Assembly: GCA_947589635.1 (NCBI GenBank)
Contig: CANQCC010000001.1
Coordinates: 1-46,911 of the forward strand
Direction of reading: 5' to 3'
Length of the DNA stretch: 46,911 nt
Source of the DNA: an uncultured Clostridia bacterium
GTDB taxonomy: Bacteria > Bacillota > Clostridia > Christensenellales > CAG-917
In this document: positions 1-8,882 of the stretch, one piece after another
Layout of the letters: each line of letters opens with the position of its first letter
Numbering within the stretch: the stretch's first letter is position 1
Position numbers and translations under genes: made by a program
The notes under the pieces: generated by a model
What the model saw: the letters and a program-made list of their open reading frames with translations, nothing else
Databases searched by the model: none
Told to the model about the DNA's origin: nothing

Positions 1-525
1 TGCGGAGGATATCGCGTCAAAGACTACGGCTGCGGGGTCCGCGCCCTCTCCGTGGCGTATCACTCTTACCCCGGCGCGCTGTCCCCATATCTCGAGTTGT
101 TCGCTTGCGGCGGCGCGGAAAGTATCCGCTGCGGCGACTACGACCGAATGCCCGCTCTCCTTAAACATGTGCGCAAGTTTTCCTATCGCAGTGGTCTTGC
201 CCACGCCGTTCACGCCGGACAGCAGGATGACAAGCGGAAATTCGTATGCGGGGATGTCAAAATCAATGTCGTCAATCATTATTCGGCGCAAAATCTCGCG
301 GGCGTCTTCGGGTTTTTTGACCTTTTGTCTGTAGATCTCGTCCTTCAACTCCGCAATCAGGTTTTCCGTAGCGGTTATGCCCACGTCCGCCGTCAGCAGC
401 GCCTCCTCAAGTTCCTCGTAGAACTCGTCGTCGAGCGCGCGCGCAGAAAAGGCGAAAAACAGCTTTTTCGACAGCGCCTCTTTGGTCTTCTTTATGCCGG
501 CGGCAATTTTTTGAAAAAATCCCAT
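1..525 (-). CDS. ftsY: signal recognition particle receptor FtsY (first 175 codons; 3' end runs off the window)
   Basis: Absent from the ORF track because no stop lies inside the window. Reverse complement from ATG at 525 reads [21 protein letters not shown]...[25 protein letters not shown]...[16 protein letters not shown]. This carries the SRP-GTPase P-loop and the DTFRAAA motif. It lies directly downstream of smc, as in the conserved rnc-smc-ftsY order. Confidence 0.9.
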   Translation of the reverse strand, partial: MGFFQKIAAGIKKTKEALSKKLFFAFSARALDDEFYEELEEALLTADVGITATENLIAELKDEIYRQKVKKPEDAREILRRIMIDDIDFDIPAYEFPLVILLSGVNGVGKTTAIGKLAHMFKESGHSVVVAAADTFRAAASEQLEIWGQRAGVRVIRHGEGADPAAVVFDAISSA

Positions 526-591
526 AGTCGGTTTCCTTTATTTGTATTTGCGGATTTCAGGCATTCTAAAGGGGAATATTTATCCTTTTCG

Positions 592-3500
592 TCATCTCAG
601 CTCCGCATGCTTTTCTGCCTCCTCAAATTCTATGGAGACAATCTTTGTAACGCCCTTTTCTTCCATCGTAACGCCGAATATCGTGTCCGCGTGGCGCATA
701 GTCGGCTTGCGGTGAGTTATCACGATAAATTGCGTGAAGTCGCTGAACTTCTTCAAGAACTCGCCGAACAGGTTGACGTTTGCGTCGTCAAGCGCAGCCT
801 CTATCTCGTCGAGCACACAGAAAGGCATCGGCTTAAGTTTCAATATCGCAAACAATATGGATATCGCGGTAAGCGCCTGCTCGCCGCCGGACAACAGACC
901 GATGTTCTGCAGCTTCTTTCCGGGAGGTTGCGCGAATATCTCTATGCCCTGCTCAAGCACGTCGTCGGACTCGTCGGAGCTTAATCTCAGCTCGCCTTTG
1001 CCTCCGCCGAACAGCTGCTGGAAGATGACCTTGAAGTTTTCGTTTATCTTGTCGAACGCGGTCTTGAATCTGTCGCGCATGTCGTCTGTTATGTCGCCGA
1101 TTATGCGCTTGATGTCGTCGATTGCGCGCTGCAGGTCGTCGCGGAGGGACAGTTGTTCCTCAAGCCTCTCCTGCGCCTCTTTCAGAGAGGAAAGCGCAAG
1201 CGGGTTGACGTCTCCAAGCCTTGCGATAGAGCGTTTCAGCTCCGCAATCTCGCCCGTCGCGCCCTTGGCGTCGAAGTCCTCCGCTCTCAGGTCGATCGCA
1301 GTGCTGTAAGTCAGGTCGTATTCCTCAAGAATGTGCTGTTGCTGGTTGCGGATGTCCATATCCACGTTGTCAAGCATAGCCTCGTCGCGCACTATCTTTG
1401 CGTTCAGGTCGTTTTTGGATTCAAACAGCGAGGTCTTTTGCTCGTCACACTGTTTTATTTCCTCCGTGATGGTGCGTTTTCTTTCGCTCAGCGCGGCAAT
1501 GCCCTCCTCAAGTTCTCTTATGCGGGCGGCGTCCTGCTCGGATACGGCGACGTTTTGCGCCTTATGCGCTATGTTTTCAAGCTCCGCCTGTCGCGATTTG
1601 AGAAGGGATATATTGTCTATCTTCTCCTCTTCAAGTTCCCCTCTCTGGCGCTGGTAGCGGGATATGTCCGCCTTGGCAAGGTCGATCTCGCTGTTGAGAG
1701 AGGCAAGTTTTATGCGGGTCTGCATGACTTCGCTTTGCAACTCTTCCCTTTCGGAGCGCTGTTTTGTCCCCTGCGAGCGCGACGCCTCAATAAGCGCGCC
1801 CCATTCGTCCTTCTTTTCGGCGGCGATTTTTTCAAGTTTGTCGATAGAGTTTATCTTTGCGTCGATATCCGCGATGGTAGCGCGCACTTTTTCATACTCT
1901 TCGGCGGCTTCGGAGATCTCTTTTGACAGCGTCTGCGTGCTGTCGAACGCCTGTTTGGCCTTGCTTTCGTTAAGCCCGATCTCTATGCGCAGCTCGGACA
2001 TCTCGGCGTTAAGAGCGGCAAGTTTTTCTTCGCCGTCCTTAATTTCCTGCTCCTTGTCCGCGAGGCGGGCGCGCATTGTGGAGATGTTGTTCTTATACTT
2101 TTCCACAGTCATCTCGGCGGAGGAGATGTTCTGCTCCTGCGAGAGAAGACTTTGCGACTGATTGCGCTTGGAGCCGCCCGTTATCTCGCCGGCGCGGGTG
2201 AAAATCTCGCCGCTTAAAGTGACTATCCTGAACGCCTGATTGTACTTTCTGAACAGCAACTTCGCGTTGTCGAGGTTGTTGACAATGACCGTTGCGCCAA
2301 GCAGCGCGCCGATAAACGGCTCAAATTTTTTGTCATAGGAGATAAGCTCGCTTGCAAGTCCCAGACAGCCCGGCTCTTTAAGCACGCCGAGGCTTGCGCC
2401 CTCAAGGCCTCTCGGCCTGCACGCCGTATACGGACGGAAGGTCACTCTGCCGTAATTTTTGCGCTTCAGGTAGTTTATAAGGTCGCTCGCGTCATGCTCG
2501 CTTTCGCAAAGCACGTTCTGCATCGCGCCGCCAAGCGCGTAGTCTATTGCGGTGACAAACTCCGAGGGGACTTTTATGACCTCGGCAAGCACGCCCCATA
2601 TCTTGGACGCGAGCACGGGATCGTGCTTTGAATCCTGCATGAGCCGCTGCACCGCCTCCTGATAGCCGGAGTACTGCTCCTTGACGGAACGTTGAAGCTC
2701 CAGATTGCCTTGCGCGAGGCCGAGGCCGGAATTCAGCTTGATTATATCCTCTTCGTACGCTTTTTTTGCCTCTGCGGCGTCGTTTTTGTCCGAAAGAGTC
2801 TCGTTATACTCCTCGATGAGCGCGCGCATCCTCTCTTTGGACGAGGACAGCTTGCCGTCGTAAATGGCAAGATTTGTTTTCTCCTCGTCAAGGCGCGCCT
2901 TTTTCTCGATAAGCGCCTCGTTTAAGTTCTTCGCCCTTTCGCTCTCTATGCCGCGCTCCGCGATGTATGAGGAGTAATTTGCCTTCAGTTCGCCAAGTTC
3001 CTCTATCGTCTGCAAATATTCTCTGTTGCGGGCGTCTATGTCCTCTTCCTGCCCCGCCACCGACGCGGCGAGCGCCTTGTACTTTGCCTCGAGGGATGAG
3101 GAGGATTCGGACAATTTCATAAATTCCGCAAACTTTTCGTCCCTCTTTTGCTCGCTGCTCGCGATAAGTTTGTCCGTGACGATAAGCTGGTCGTCAAGCG
3201 AGGTTATCTCCGCGTTTATGCGCGCGATGTCGTGCTGGACGTTGCTTATCCTCTCCTTGACAAGCGCCGCGTCGCCCTCAACTCTGGTAGCGGCGATCTT
3301 AAGCGCCATAAGTTCCGCATTCTGCTCCTCGTAAAGCCTGTCTATGCCCGTCGAGGTCGAAGTGCACTCGTCATAGCGCTCCACACATTCGCGATAGCTG
3401 TCCTCCACCTGCTTAAGTTGCAGCTTGGTGCGGTCTATCCTGTCGTATATCTTCTGCTTTATCTCGCGGTTGTTTTCATAGTTGTATATGTAAAGATTGA

Positions 3501-4188
3501 CCTCAAGCGCCTTAAGCTGCTCCTTAAGCGCCATATATTTTTCGGCGATCTCGGCCTGTTTCTTCAAAGGATTTATCTGCTTCTCTATCTCCGCGATGAC
3601 TTCGTTTGTCGTCTGCATGTTGAGAAGCGCCTTTTCAAGTTTGCGCTCGGATTCCGCCTTGTTGTTGCGGGAGGTGGATATTTCGGCGGCCTCCTCAAAG
3701 ATGTGGCGTCTGTCTTCGGGCTTTGCGGACATAATTTCCGCGACTTTGCCCTGACCTATTATCGAGTACCCCTCTTTGCCCGCGCCTGTATCGGCAAACA
3801 ACCTCTCGATGTTCTTGAGGTTGCACTTGTTGTTGTTTATAAAATATTCGCTTCTGCCGCTTCTGTCCATCTTGCGGGTGACGCTGACCTCCTCGAGAGC
3901 GAATCCCGGAAAGATGTGTTCGCCGGCGTTGTTGAAAACGAGCGTGACCTCGCAATAGGACAGACTTTTCCTCTTTTCGGTGCCCGCGAAGATGACGTCC
4001 TGCATCTGCTTGCCGCGCAGCTGTTTAGCCCTGCGCTCGCCAAGCGTCCAGCGGATGGCGTCCGCGACGTTGGATTTTCCGCATCCGTTAGGCCCTATTA
4101 TCGCCGTGACGCCCTCGTTGAACGGAATGACGACTTTGTCGGCGAAGGATTTGAAGCCTCTTAGCTCCATTCTTACAAGATTAAGCAA
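592..4188 (-). CDS. smc: chromosome segregation protein SMC
   Basis: 1198-aa ORF with Walker A GPNGCGKSN at the N-terminus, long heptad-rich coiled-coil arms and a central hinge. The C-terminus has LSGGEQALTAISILFA and Walker B CVLDEIEAALD. TTG start at 4188 is preceded by an AGGTGA RBS. Confidence 0.97.
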   Translation of the reverse strand: MLNLVRMELRGFKSFADKVVIPFNEGVTAIIGPNGCGKSNVADAIRWTLGERRAKQLRGKQMQDVIFAGTEKRKSLSYCEVTLVFNNAGEHIFPGFALEEVSVTRKMDRSGRSEYFINNNKCNLKNIERLFADTGAGKEGYSIIGQGKVAEIMSAKPEDRRHIFEEAAEISTSRNNKAESERKLEKALLNMQTTNEVIAEIEKQINPLKKQAEIAEKYMALKEQLKALEVNLYIYNYENNREIKQKIYDRIDRTKLQLKQVEDSYRECVERYDECTSTSTGIDRLYEEQNAELMALKIAATRVEGDAALVKERISNVQHDIARINAEITSLDDQLIVTDKLIASSEQKRDEKFAEFMKLSESSSSLEAKYKALAASVAGQEEDIDARNREYLQTIEELGELKANYSSYIAERGIESERAKNLNEALIEKKARLDEEKTNLAIYDGKLSSSKERMRALIEEYNETLSDKNDAAEAKKAYEEDIIKLNSGLGLAQGNLELQRSVKEQYSGYQEAVQRLMQDSKHDPVLASKIWGVLAEVIKVPSEFVTAIDYALGGAMQNVLCESEHDASDLINYLKRKNYGRVTFRPYTACRPRGLEGASLGVLKEPGCLGLASELISYDKKFEPFIGALLGATVIVNNLDNAKLLFRKYNQAFRIVTLSGEIFTRAGEITGGSKRNQSQSLLSQEQNISSAEMTVEKYKNNISTMRARLADKEQEIKDGEEKLAALNAEMSELRIEIGLNESKAKQAFDSTQTLSKEISEAAEEYEKVRATIADIDAKINSIDKLEKIAAEKKDEWGALIEASRSQGTKQRSEREELQSEVMQTRIKLASLNSEIDLAKADISRYQRQRGELEEEKIDNISLLKSRQAELENIAHKAQNVAVSEQDAARIRELEEGIAALSERKRTITEEIKQCDEQKTSLFESKNDLNAKIVRDEAMLDNVDMDIRNQQQHILEEYDLTYSTAIDLRAEDFDAKGATGEIAELKRSIARLGDVNPLALSSLKEAQERLEEQLSLRDDLQRAIDDIKRIIGDITDDMRDRFKTAFDKINENFKVIFQQLFGGGKGELRLSSDESDDVLEQGIEIFAQPPGKKLQNIGLLSGGEQALTAISILFAILKLKPMPFCVLDEIEAALDDANVNLFGEFLKKFSDFTQFIVITHRKPTMRHADTIFGVTMEEKGVTKIVSIEFEEAEKHAELR

Positions 4189-4259
4189 TTTTTCACCTGT
4201 ACCATATAAATTAGTTTAAGTTTATCATATTATCCATACCAACGCAAGCGATTTGAAAA

Positions 4260-4380
4260 TGTTTCACAAATGTTTCACAGAATAAAAACAAAGAGACCTT
4301 CTAAGGTCTCGATTTGTGAAATTTAATCGTTTAGAATATCAAAATATGTTATGCAAACATGTGAAACATTTTGTGAAACA
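4260..4380. promoter_or_regulatory. array of TGTTTCACA / TGTGAAACA motifs in the rnc-smc intergenic region
   Basis: TGTTTCACA occurs at 4260-4268 and 4271-4279. The reverse complement TGTGAAACA occurs at 4360-4368 and 4372-4380, and a partial TGTGAAA at 4315-4321. The two pairs form a large inverted repeat bracketing the rnc terminator hairpin. Function is unknown. Confidence 0.3.
4281..4310 (-). terminator. rho-independent terminator downstream of rnc
   Basis: On the minus strand: GAGACC-TTAGAA-GGTCTC hairpin followed by TTTGTTTTTATT. Confidence 0.7.
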
Positions 4381-4385
4381 TAGGC

Positions 4386-5072
4386 TTATTTCGCGTTTAC
4401 GCTTGCTATAGCCTCGCTTGCGGCAAGCTGTTCTGCGCCTTTTTTGCTGCTTGCGGTTCCCTTTCCCATGGCTTTCCCGTCAAGGGACACCTCCACGGTA
4501 AATCGCGGATCGTGTGAGGCGCCGGTCTGCTCGACAAGCCTGTATTTCACCTTGATCTTGCGCTTTGAGGCATATTCGTTAAGTTCAGTCTTGAAATCCT
4601 TGCTGTCGCCGTGTTTATACGAACCGTCAAAATGGTCGCGCAATTTGCTAAGGATGAACCTTTCCGCCTCGTCCATGCTGCCGCTGTCGAGGTATATCGC
4701 GCCGACGACCGCCTCAAACATGTTGGACTTGACCTTTGTGTGCAAGGTGATATTGTCTACGTTTTCACCCTTCCCCACTATCAGAAAGGCGGCTATTCCA
4801 AGCCTGTCCACCGCCTTTTCAAGCGGCTCCTGCGAGACGATCTCCGCCCTGCGATGGGTAAGAGCGCCCTCATGCGCGTCGGGATTTTCCTCCATCAGGC
4901 GCTTCGCGACCACAAAGTCGAGTATGCTGTCCCCCAAAAATTCAAGCGATTCATAGTTCTTTTGCGCGTCGCGAGTCACGGAGCTATGTGTGAACGCGCG
5001 CTCAAGAAGCGCCTTGTTTTTGAAGGCGTAACCCAGCTTTTTTTCTATGGTCACGATGTCGTTACTCTTCAT
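4386..5072 (-). CDS. rnc: ribonuclease III
   Basis: 228 aa with RNase III signature ESLEFLGDSILDFVV and a C-terminal dsRNA-binding domain (KTELNEYASKRK...GASHDPRFTVEV...GKGTASSKKGAEQLAA). The start overlaps the plsX stop by 11 nt. Confidence 0.95.
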   Translation of the reverse strand: MKSNDIVTIEKKLGYAFKNKALLERAFTHSSVTRDAQKNYESLEFLGDSILDFVVAKRLMEENPDAHEGALTHRRAEIVSQEPLEKAVDRLGIAAFLIVGKGENVDNITLHTKVKSNMFEAVVGAIYLDSGSMDEAERFILSKLRDHFDGSYKHGDSKDFKTELNEYASKRKIKVKYRLVEQTGASHDPRFTVEVSLDGKAMGKGTASSKKGAEQLAASEAIASVNAK

Positions 5073-6099
5073 TTTGCGCTGTAGCGGCGTTATTTTGGTT
5101 GAACGCCACGATCCCTATTCTTATCTCTTCGCAGATGTTTCTTGAGGCGAGTTCTTTCGCCTGCAGCACGCTTGCGGTCACAGATTTACGCTTTGATGCG
5201 CCGTGCGACTTGACGACCACCTTATTCACGCCGAGGAAGCACGCCCCGCCGTACGCGTTATAATCCATCCGCTTTTTCACGCTCTTGAGCAGAGGTTTCA
5301 TAAGCGCCGCGCCAAGTTTTATCCTAAGTCCGCCCTCGCCTACGCCCTCGAGGATAAGTTTGACCACAGCTTCGGCGGCGCCCTCGTTGGATTTGAGAGC
5401 GATATTGCCGTTGAATCCGTCCGCGACCACCACGTCGAAATCGCCGCTTAAAAGGTCGCGAGCCTCGCAATTGCCCACAAAGTTTATCCCCTCCGTGCGC
5501 TTTAAGATGTCGTAGGTCTCCTTGACAAGTTCATTGCCCTTATGCGCTTCCACGCCGTTATTAAGAAGTCCAACGCGCGGATCCTCGACGCCCAACATTA
5601 CTTTTGCGTACTCCGACGCCATAATAGCGAAGTGCACAAGGTGAAGAGGCTTGCAATCCACGTTCGCGCCGCAGTCGCAAAGCACCACTCTGCCCCCCGT
5701 AAGCGTGGGCAGCATAGGCGCAAGCGCGGGTCTTGACACGCCCTTAATGCGCCCCGCCTTCATAAACGCGCCGACAAGCACCGCCCCCGTAGCGCCGCAG
5801 GACACTAACGCCGCGCCGTCTTCGTTGAGGGAGTCAAACGCCTTGACAAGCGAGCTGTCCTTCTTGGTCTTTATAGCCATAGTTGGGCTTTCGTCGTTTG
5901 AGATGACCTGCGCTGCGTCCACTATCTCCACGCGCGAAGCATCGTACTCAATGCCCGAAAGCGACTTTTCTATCTCTTCTTTTTTGCCTACAAGGACGAC
6001 TTTAACGTCATTGTCGGCGTTTACCGCCTGAACGGCGCCGATCACTATCTCTTCGGGCGCGTTATCGCCGCCCATGGCGTCAACTATTATTTTGACCAT
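5062..6099 (-). CDS. plsX: phosphate acyltransferase PlsX
   Basis: 345 aa with the typical N-terminus MVKIIVDAMGGDNAP and full-length PlsX-like sequence. It follows rpmF as in most Firmicutes. Confidence 0.95.
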   Translation of the reverse strand: MVKIIVDAMGGDNAPEEIVIGAVQAVNADNDVKVVLVGKKEEIEKSLSGIEYDASRVEIVDAAQVISNDESPTMAIKTKKDSSLVKAFDSLNEDGAALVSCGATGAVLVGAFMKAGRIKGVSRPALAPMLPTLTGGRVVLCDCGANVDCKPLHLVHFAIMASEYAKVMLGVEDPRVGLLNNGVEAHKGNELVKETYDILKRTEGINFVGNCEARDLLSGDFDVVVADGFNGNIALKSNEGAAEAVVKLILEGVGEGGLRIKLGAALMKPLLKSVKKRMDYNAYGGACFLGVNKVVVKSHGASKRKSVTASVLQAKELASRNICEEIRIGIVAFNQNNAATAQNEE

Positions 6100-6120
6100 A
6101 TCCTTTCAAATTTCTCCCAA

Positions 6121-6150
6121 CAAAAAAGAGTGGCAAGCACTCTTTTTTTA
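6121..6150 (-). terminator. hairpin plus T-tract between rpmF and plsX (attenuating or bidirectional terminator)
   Basis: On the minus strand: AGAGTG-CTTGC-CACTCT followed by TTTTTTG. Confidence 0.55.
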
Positions 6151-6152
6151 AG

Positions 6153-6335
6153 TTAGTCTTCCTTTTTTGCTACGACAAGCTTTCCGTCATAGTAGCCGCA
6201 CTTCGGGCAAACCTGATGGCTTCTTTTAAGCTCATGGCACTGCGGGCATTCCGCAAGTCCGGGGGTTTTGACCTTCCAATTTGCAAAGCGGGAATTTGTC
6301 TTTGACTTGGAAACTTTATTTTTAGGTACTGCCAT
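6153..6335 (-). CDS. rpmF: 50S ribosomal protein L32
   Basis: 60 aa, MAVPKNKVSKSKTNSRFANWK...CPQCHELKRSHQVCPKCGYY (zinc-ribbon CxxC...CxxC). ATG at 6335 is preceded by GGAGGT. The ORF-track extension up to 6413 has no support. Confidence 0.95.
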   Translation of the reverse strand: MAVPKNKVSKSKTNSRFANWKVKTPGLAECPQCHELKRSHQVCPKCGYYDGKLVVAKKED

Positions 6336-6384
6336 ATTTCTACCTCCAATCGTTTGGCGCGCATACGCATAATTTAGCTTACAT

Positions 6385-6413
6385 AGTATAAATAATAAAC
6401 TCGCGCTTGTCAA
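6385..6413 (-). promoter_or_regulatory. sigma-A type promoter for rpmF (and probably plsX-rnc)
   Basis: On the minus strand: TTGACA (6413-6408), 17 nt spacer, TATACT (6390-6385). Confidence 0.55.
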
Positions 6414-6470
6414 ACGCTTTTTAAGAGTTGCTTAAAAAATTTGCAAAACTTCAAAAGCGTCCGACAAATT

Positions 6471-7661
6471 TCAAAGAGCAAGCGCTTTTGTCTCGCGCGC
6501 GATGCTCAATTCCTCGTTTGTGGGCAGGATAAGCACCTTGACCTTGCTGTCCGCAGCGGACAATTCGCACACGCCGTCCGCGGGCGCCGCGTTCTTTTCA
6601 AGGTCGAATTTAACGCCGAGATATTCCATATCGCTCATCACAAGCCTGCGCATATAGGCGCTGTGCTCGCCGATGCCGCCCGTGAAGACTATCGCGTCCA
6701 CGCCGTTAAGCACCGCCGCGTAAGATCCGATATATTTTTTGATGCGGTAGGCGGCGACTTCTACGGCAAGTTCCGCCTTCTTGTCCCCCGCCTTGATCGC
6801 GGCCTCGAGGTCGCGCATATCGCTGCTGAGTTCGCTTATTCCAAGCATTCCGCACTTTTTATTGAGATATTGCACCGCTTCCGCCGTGGACAGCCCAAGT
6901 TTTTTGGCGATAAATTCCACCGCGGCGGGATCGATGTCGCCGCTTCTCGTCCCCATGACAAGCCCCTCGAGAGGAGTAAATCCCATGGACGTATCAAGGC
7001 ATTTGCCGTCCTTGACCGCGGATATCGACGACCCGTTGCCAAGGTGGCATACGATTATTCTGCTCTGCTTTTTGCCGAGCAATTTAATGGTCTCCTCGCT
7101 GACAAATTTGTGTGACGTGCCGTGAAAACCGTATTTACGCACCTTATACTTATCGTACACGCTGTACGGAATGCCGTACATGTACGCCTTAGCGGGCATT
7201 GTGCTGTGGAAAGTCGTGTCGAAGACCGCGACCATAGGCACGCCGGGCATGACCTCGCGGCAGCTCTTTATGCACGCGATGTTGCCGGGCATGTGAAGAG
7301 GTCCAAGTTCCGCGTTCTTTTCGCAGATCCTTATGACCTCGTCGTCGATGAGCACGGATGAAGAGAAGTCCTCGCCGCTGTGAAGCACGCGATGTCCGAC
7401 CGCGGATATCTCGTCTATGGATTTGATGGCGCCGTACTTTTCGTCCACCATTGCCTTAAGCACAAGCTCTATGGCCTCGGTGTGGTTTTTCATATCCTTC
7501 TTTATGTTCAACTTTCTGCCGTCGGAAGTCTTTTGGGTCAGCTCGCCGCCGCTCATGGTGATGCGCTCGCAAAGTCCCTTGAGGATCGCCTCTTCCGTCT
7601 GCATGTCGATAAGCTGATACTTAAGCGAAGAACTGCCTGCGTTGATGACAAGAATTTTCAT
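6471..7661 (-). CDS. ackA: acetate kinase
   Basis: 396 aa starting MKILVINAGSSSLKYQL, with the GFHGTSH motif. Full-length acetate kinase-like sequence immediately downstream of pta. Confidence 0.96.
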   Translation of the reverse strand: MKILVINAGSSSLKYQLIDMQTEEAILKGLCERITMSGGELTQKTSDGRKLNIKKDMKNHTEAIELVLKAMVDEKYGAIKSIDEISAVGHRVLHSGEDFSSSVLIDDEVIRICEKNAELGPLHMPGNIACIKSCREVMPGVPMVAVFDTTFHSTMPAKAYMYGIPYSVYDKYKVRKYGFHGTSHKFVSEETIKLLGKKQSRIIVCHLGNGSSISAVKDGKCLDTSMGFTPLEGLVMGTRSGDIDPAAVEFIAKKLGLSTAEAVQYLNKKCGMLGISELSSDMRDLEAAIKAGDKKAELAVEVAAYRIKKYIGSYAAVLNGVDAIVFTGGIGEHSAYMRRLVMSDMEYLGVKFDLEKNAAPADGVCELSAADSKVKVLILPTNEELSIARETKALAL

Positions 7662-7726
7662 ATTCTACTCCTATAAATTTGAAAACTATTCTCAATTTGT
7701 GCGATTTTGAGAATAGTTTTTGCTGT

Positions 7727-8764
7727 TTATCTTTGAGTTTGCAGCGCCGTAATGGCAACCGCGGATACGATGTCCGAAGCCTTGCAGCCGCGGGAAAGAT
7801 CGTTCAAAGGTTTGTCAAAGCCCTGGCAAATGGGACCGATTGCCTCAAACCCGCCAAGGCGCTCCGCGATCTTATATCCGATATTTCCAGATTGCAAATC
7901 GGGGAAGATCAGGACGTTGGCATGCCCTGCCACTGCGGAACCGGGCGCCTTGAGAGCCGCGACTTCGGGAACGAGAGCGGCGTCAAATTGCAGCTCGCCG
8001 TCAAGCACAAGCTCCGGAGCTTTCTCATGCGCTATCCTTACTGCTTCTTGCACAAGCGTAACGTTGTCGTGCTTTGCGCTGCCCTTTGTGGAGAATGACA
8101 ACATTGCCACGCGAGGCTCCACGCCCGCGATCTCCCTCGCGCTTTTTGCGGTGGCTATCGCGCAGTCCGCAAGTCCGTCCGCGCTGTAGGTCGGATTAAG
8201 TCCGCAGTCTGCAAACACAAGCACGCCGTCTTCAACATACTTGTTGTTGCCGACCATCAGGTTGAAACTTGAAACGGAGCTCACGCCGGGAGCGGTCTTG
8301 ATTATCTGAAGTCCCGGGCGCAGCGTGTTGGCTGTAGAGTGGCACGCACCGGACACAAGTCCGTCCACGTCGCCCGCCTTAAGCATGAGCGCGCCGAAGA
8401 ATGTGGAGTCTTTGGCCTGCTCCGCCGCTTGCTCTTCCGTCATGCCCTTTGCCTTGCGAAGCTCATACAACAGCTTTGCGTATTCGCCAAGCTTTTCGGA
8501 AGTGCGCGGGTCAATTATTTCAACGCCCGTGAGGTCCACCTTGGGGAAGTTTACTTTGATTTGCTGAGGATCGCCGAGAAGAACTATCCGCGCGATCTTA
8601 TCCTGAGCGCATATGGACGCCGCTTCGACGACGCGGCGATCTTCGCCCTCGCAGAGCACTATTTTTTTGTCAAGCGCCCTTGCCTTCTTTTTGATCTCCT
8701 CAATGATAGTGCCGCTCTCGATGACTTTTCTGCCGAGAGATTTGACCTTGTCGATGACTGCCAT
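7727..8764 (-). CDS. pta: phosphate acetyltransferase (short form)
   Basis: 345 aa PTA_PTB-type sequence (KIVLCEGEDRRVVEAA..., ...ANVLIFPDLQSGNIGYK...GPICQGFDKPLNDLSRG). It forms a pta-ackA pair. Confidence 0.93.
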   Translation of the reverse strand: MAVIDKVKSLGRKVIESGTIIEEIKKKARALDKKIVLCEGEDRRVVEAASICAQDKIARIVLLGDPQQIKVNFPKVDLTGVEIIDPRTSEKLGEYAKLLYELRKAKGMTEEQAAEQAKDSTFFGALMLKAGDVDGLVSGACHSTANTLRPGLQIIKTAPGVSSVSSFNLMVGNNKYVEDGVLVFADCGLNPTYSADGLADCAIATAKSAREIAGVEPRVAMLSFSTKGSAKHDNVTLVQEAVRIAHEKAPELVLDGELQFDAALVPEVAALKAPGSAVAGHANVLIFPDLQSGNIGYKIAERLGGFEAIGPICQGFDKPLNDLSRGCKASDIVSAVAITALQTQR

Positions 8765-8882
8765 ACTTTTTCTCCAAAACCACTTTATTTTTTTCCGTCT
8801 ATAATATATAATTACTAAACGGAAAAGTTCTTAATATTTATACACCATTTGCGGATAAATGTAAAGAACACGCGGAGAAAAA

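Noticed and set aside
52-984. 310-aa plus-strand ORF at the window start
   Set aside because: It lies antisense to ftsY and the smc 3' end and has a low-complexity, Arg/Leu-rich translation with no motifs. The minus strand here encodes clear FtsY and SMC sequence.
4260-4380. Rex or CRP/FNR operator assignment for the TGTGAAACA motifs
   Set aside because: Canonical Rex (TTGTGAA-N4-TTCACAA) and CRP (TGTGA-N6-TCACA) sites are compact inverted repeats. Here the half-sites are direct repeats 11 nt apart, with the inverted partners about 100 nt away. The motif is kept only as an unexplained array.
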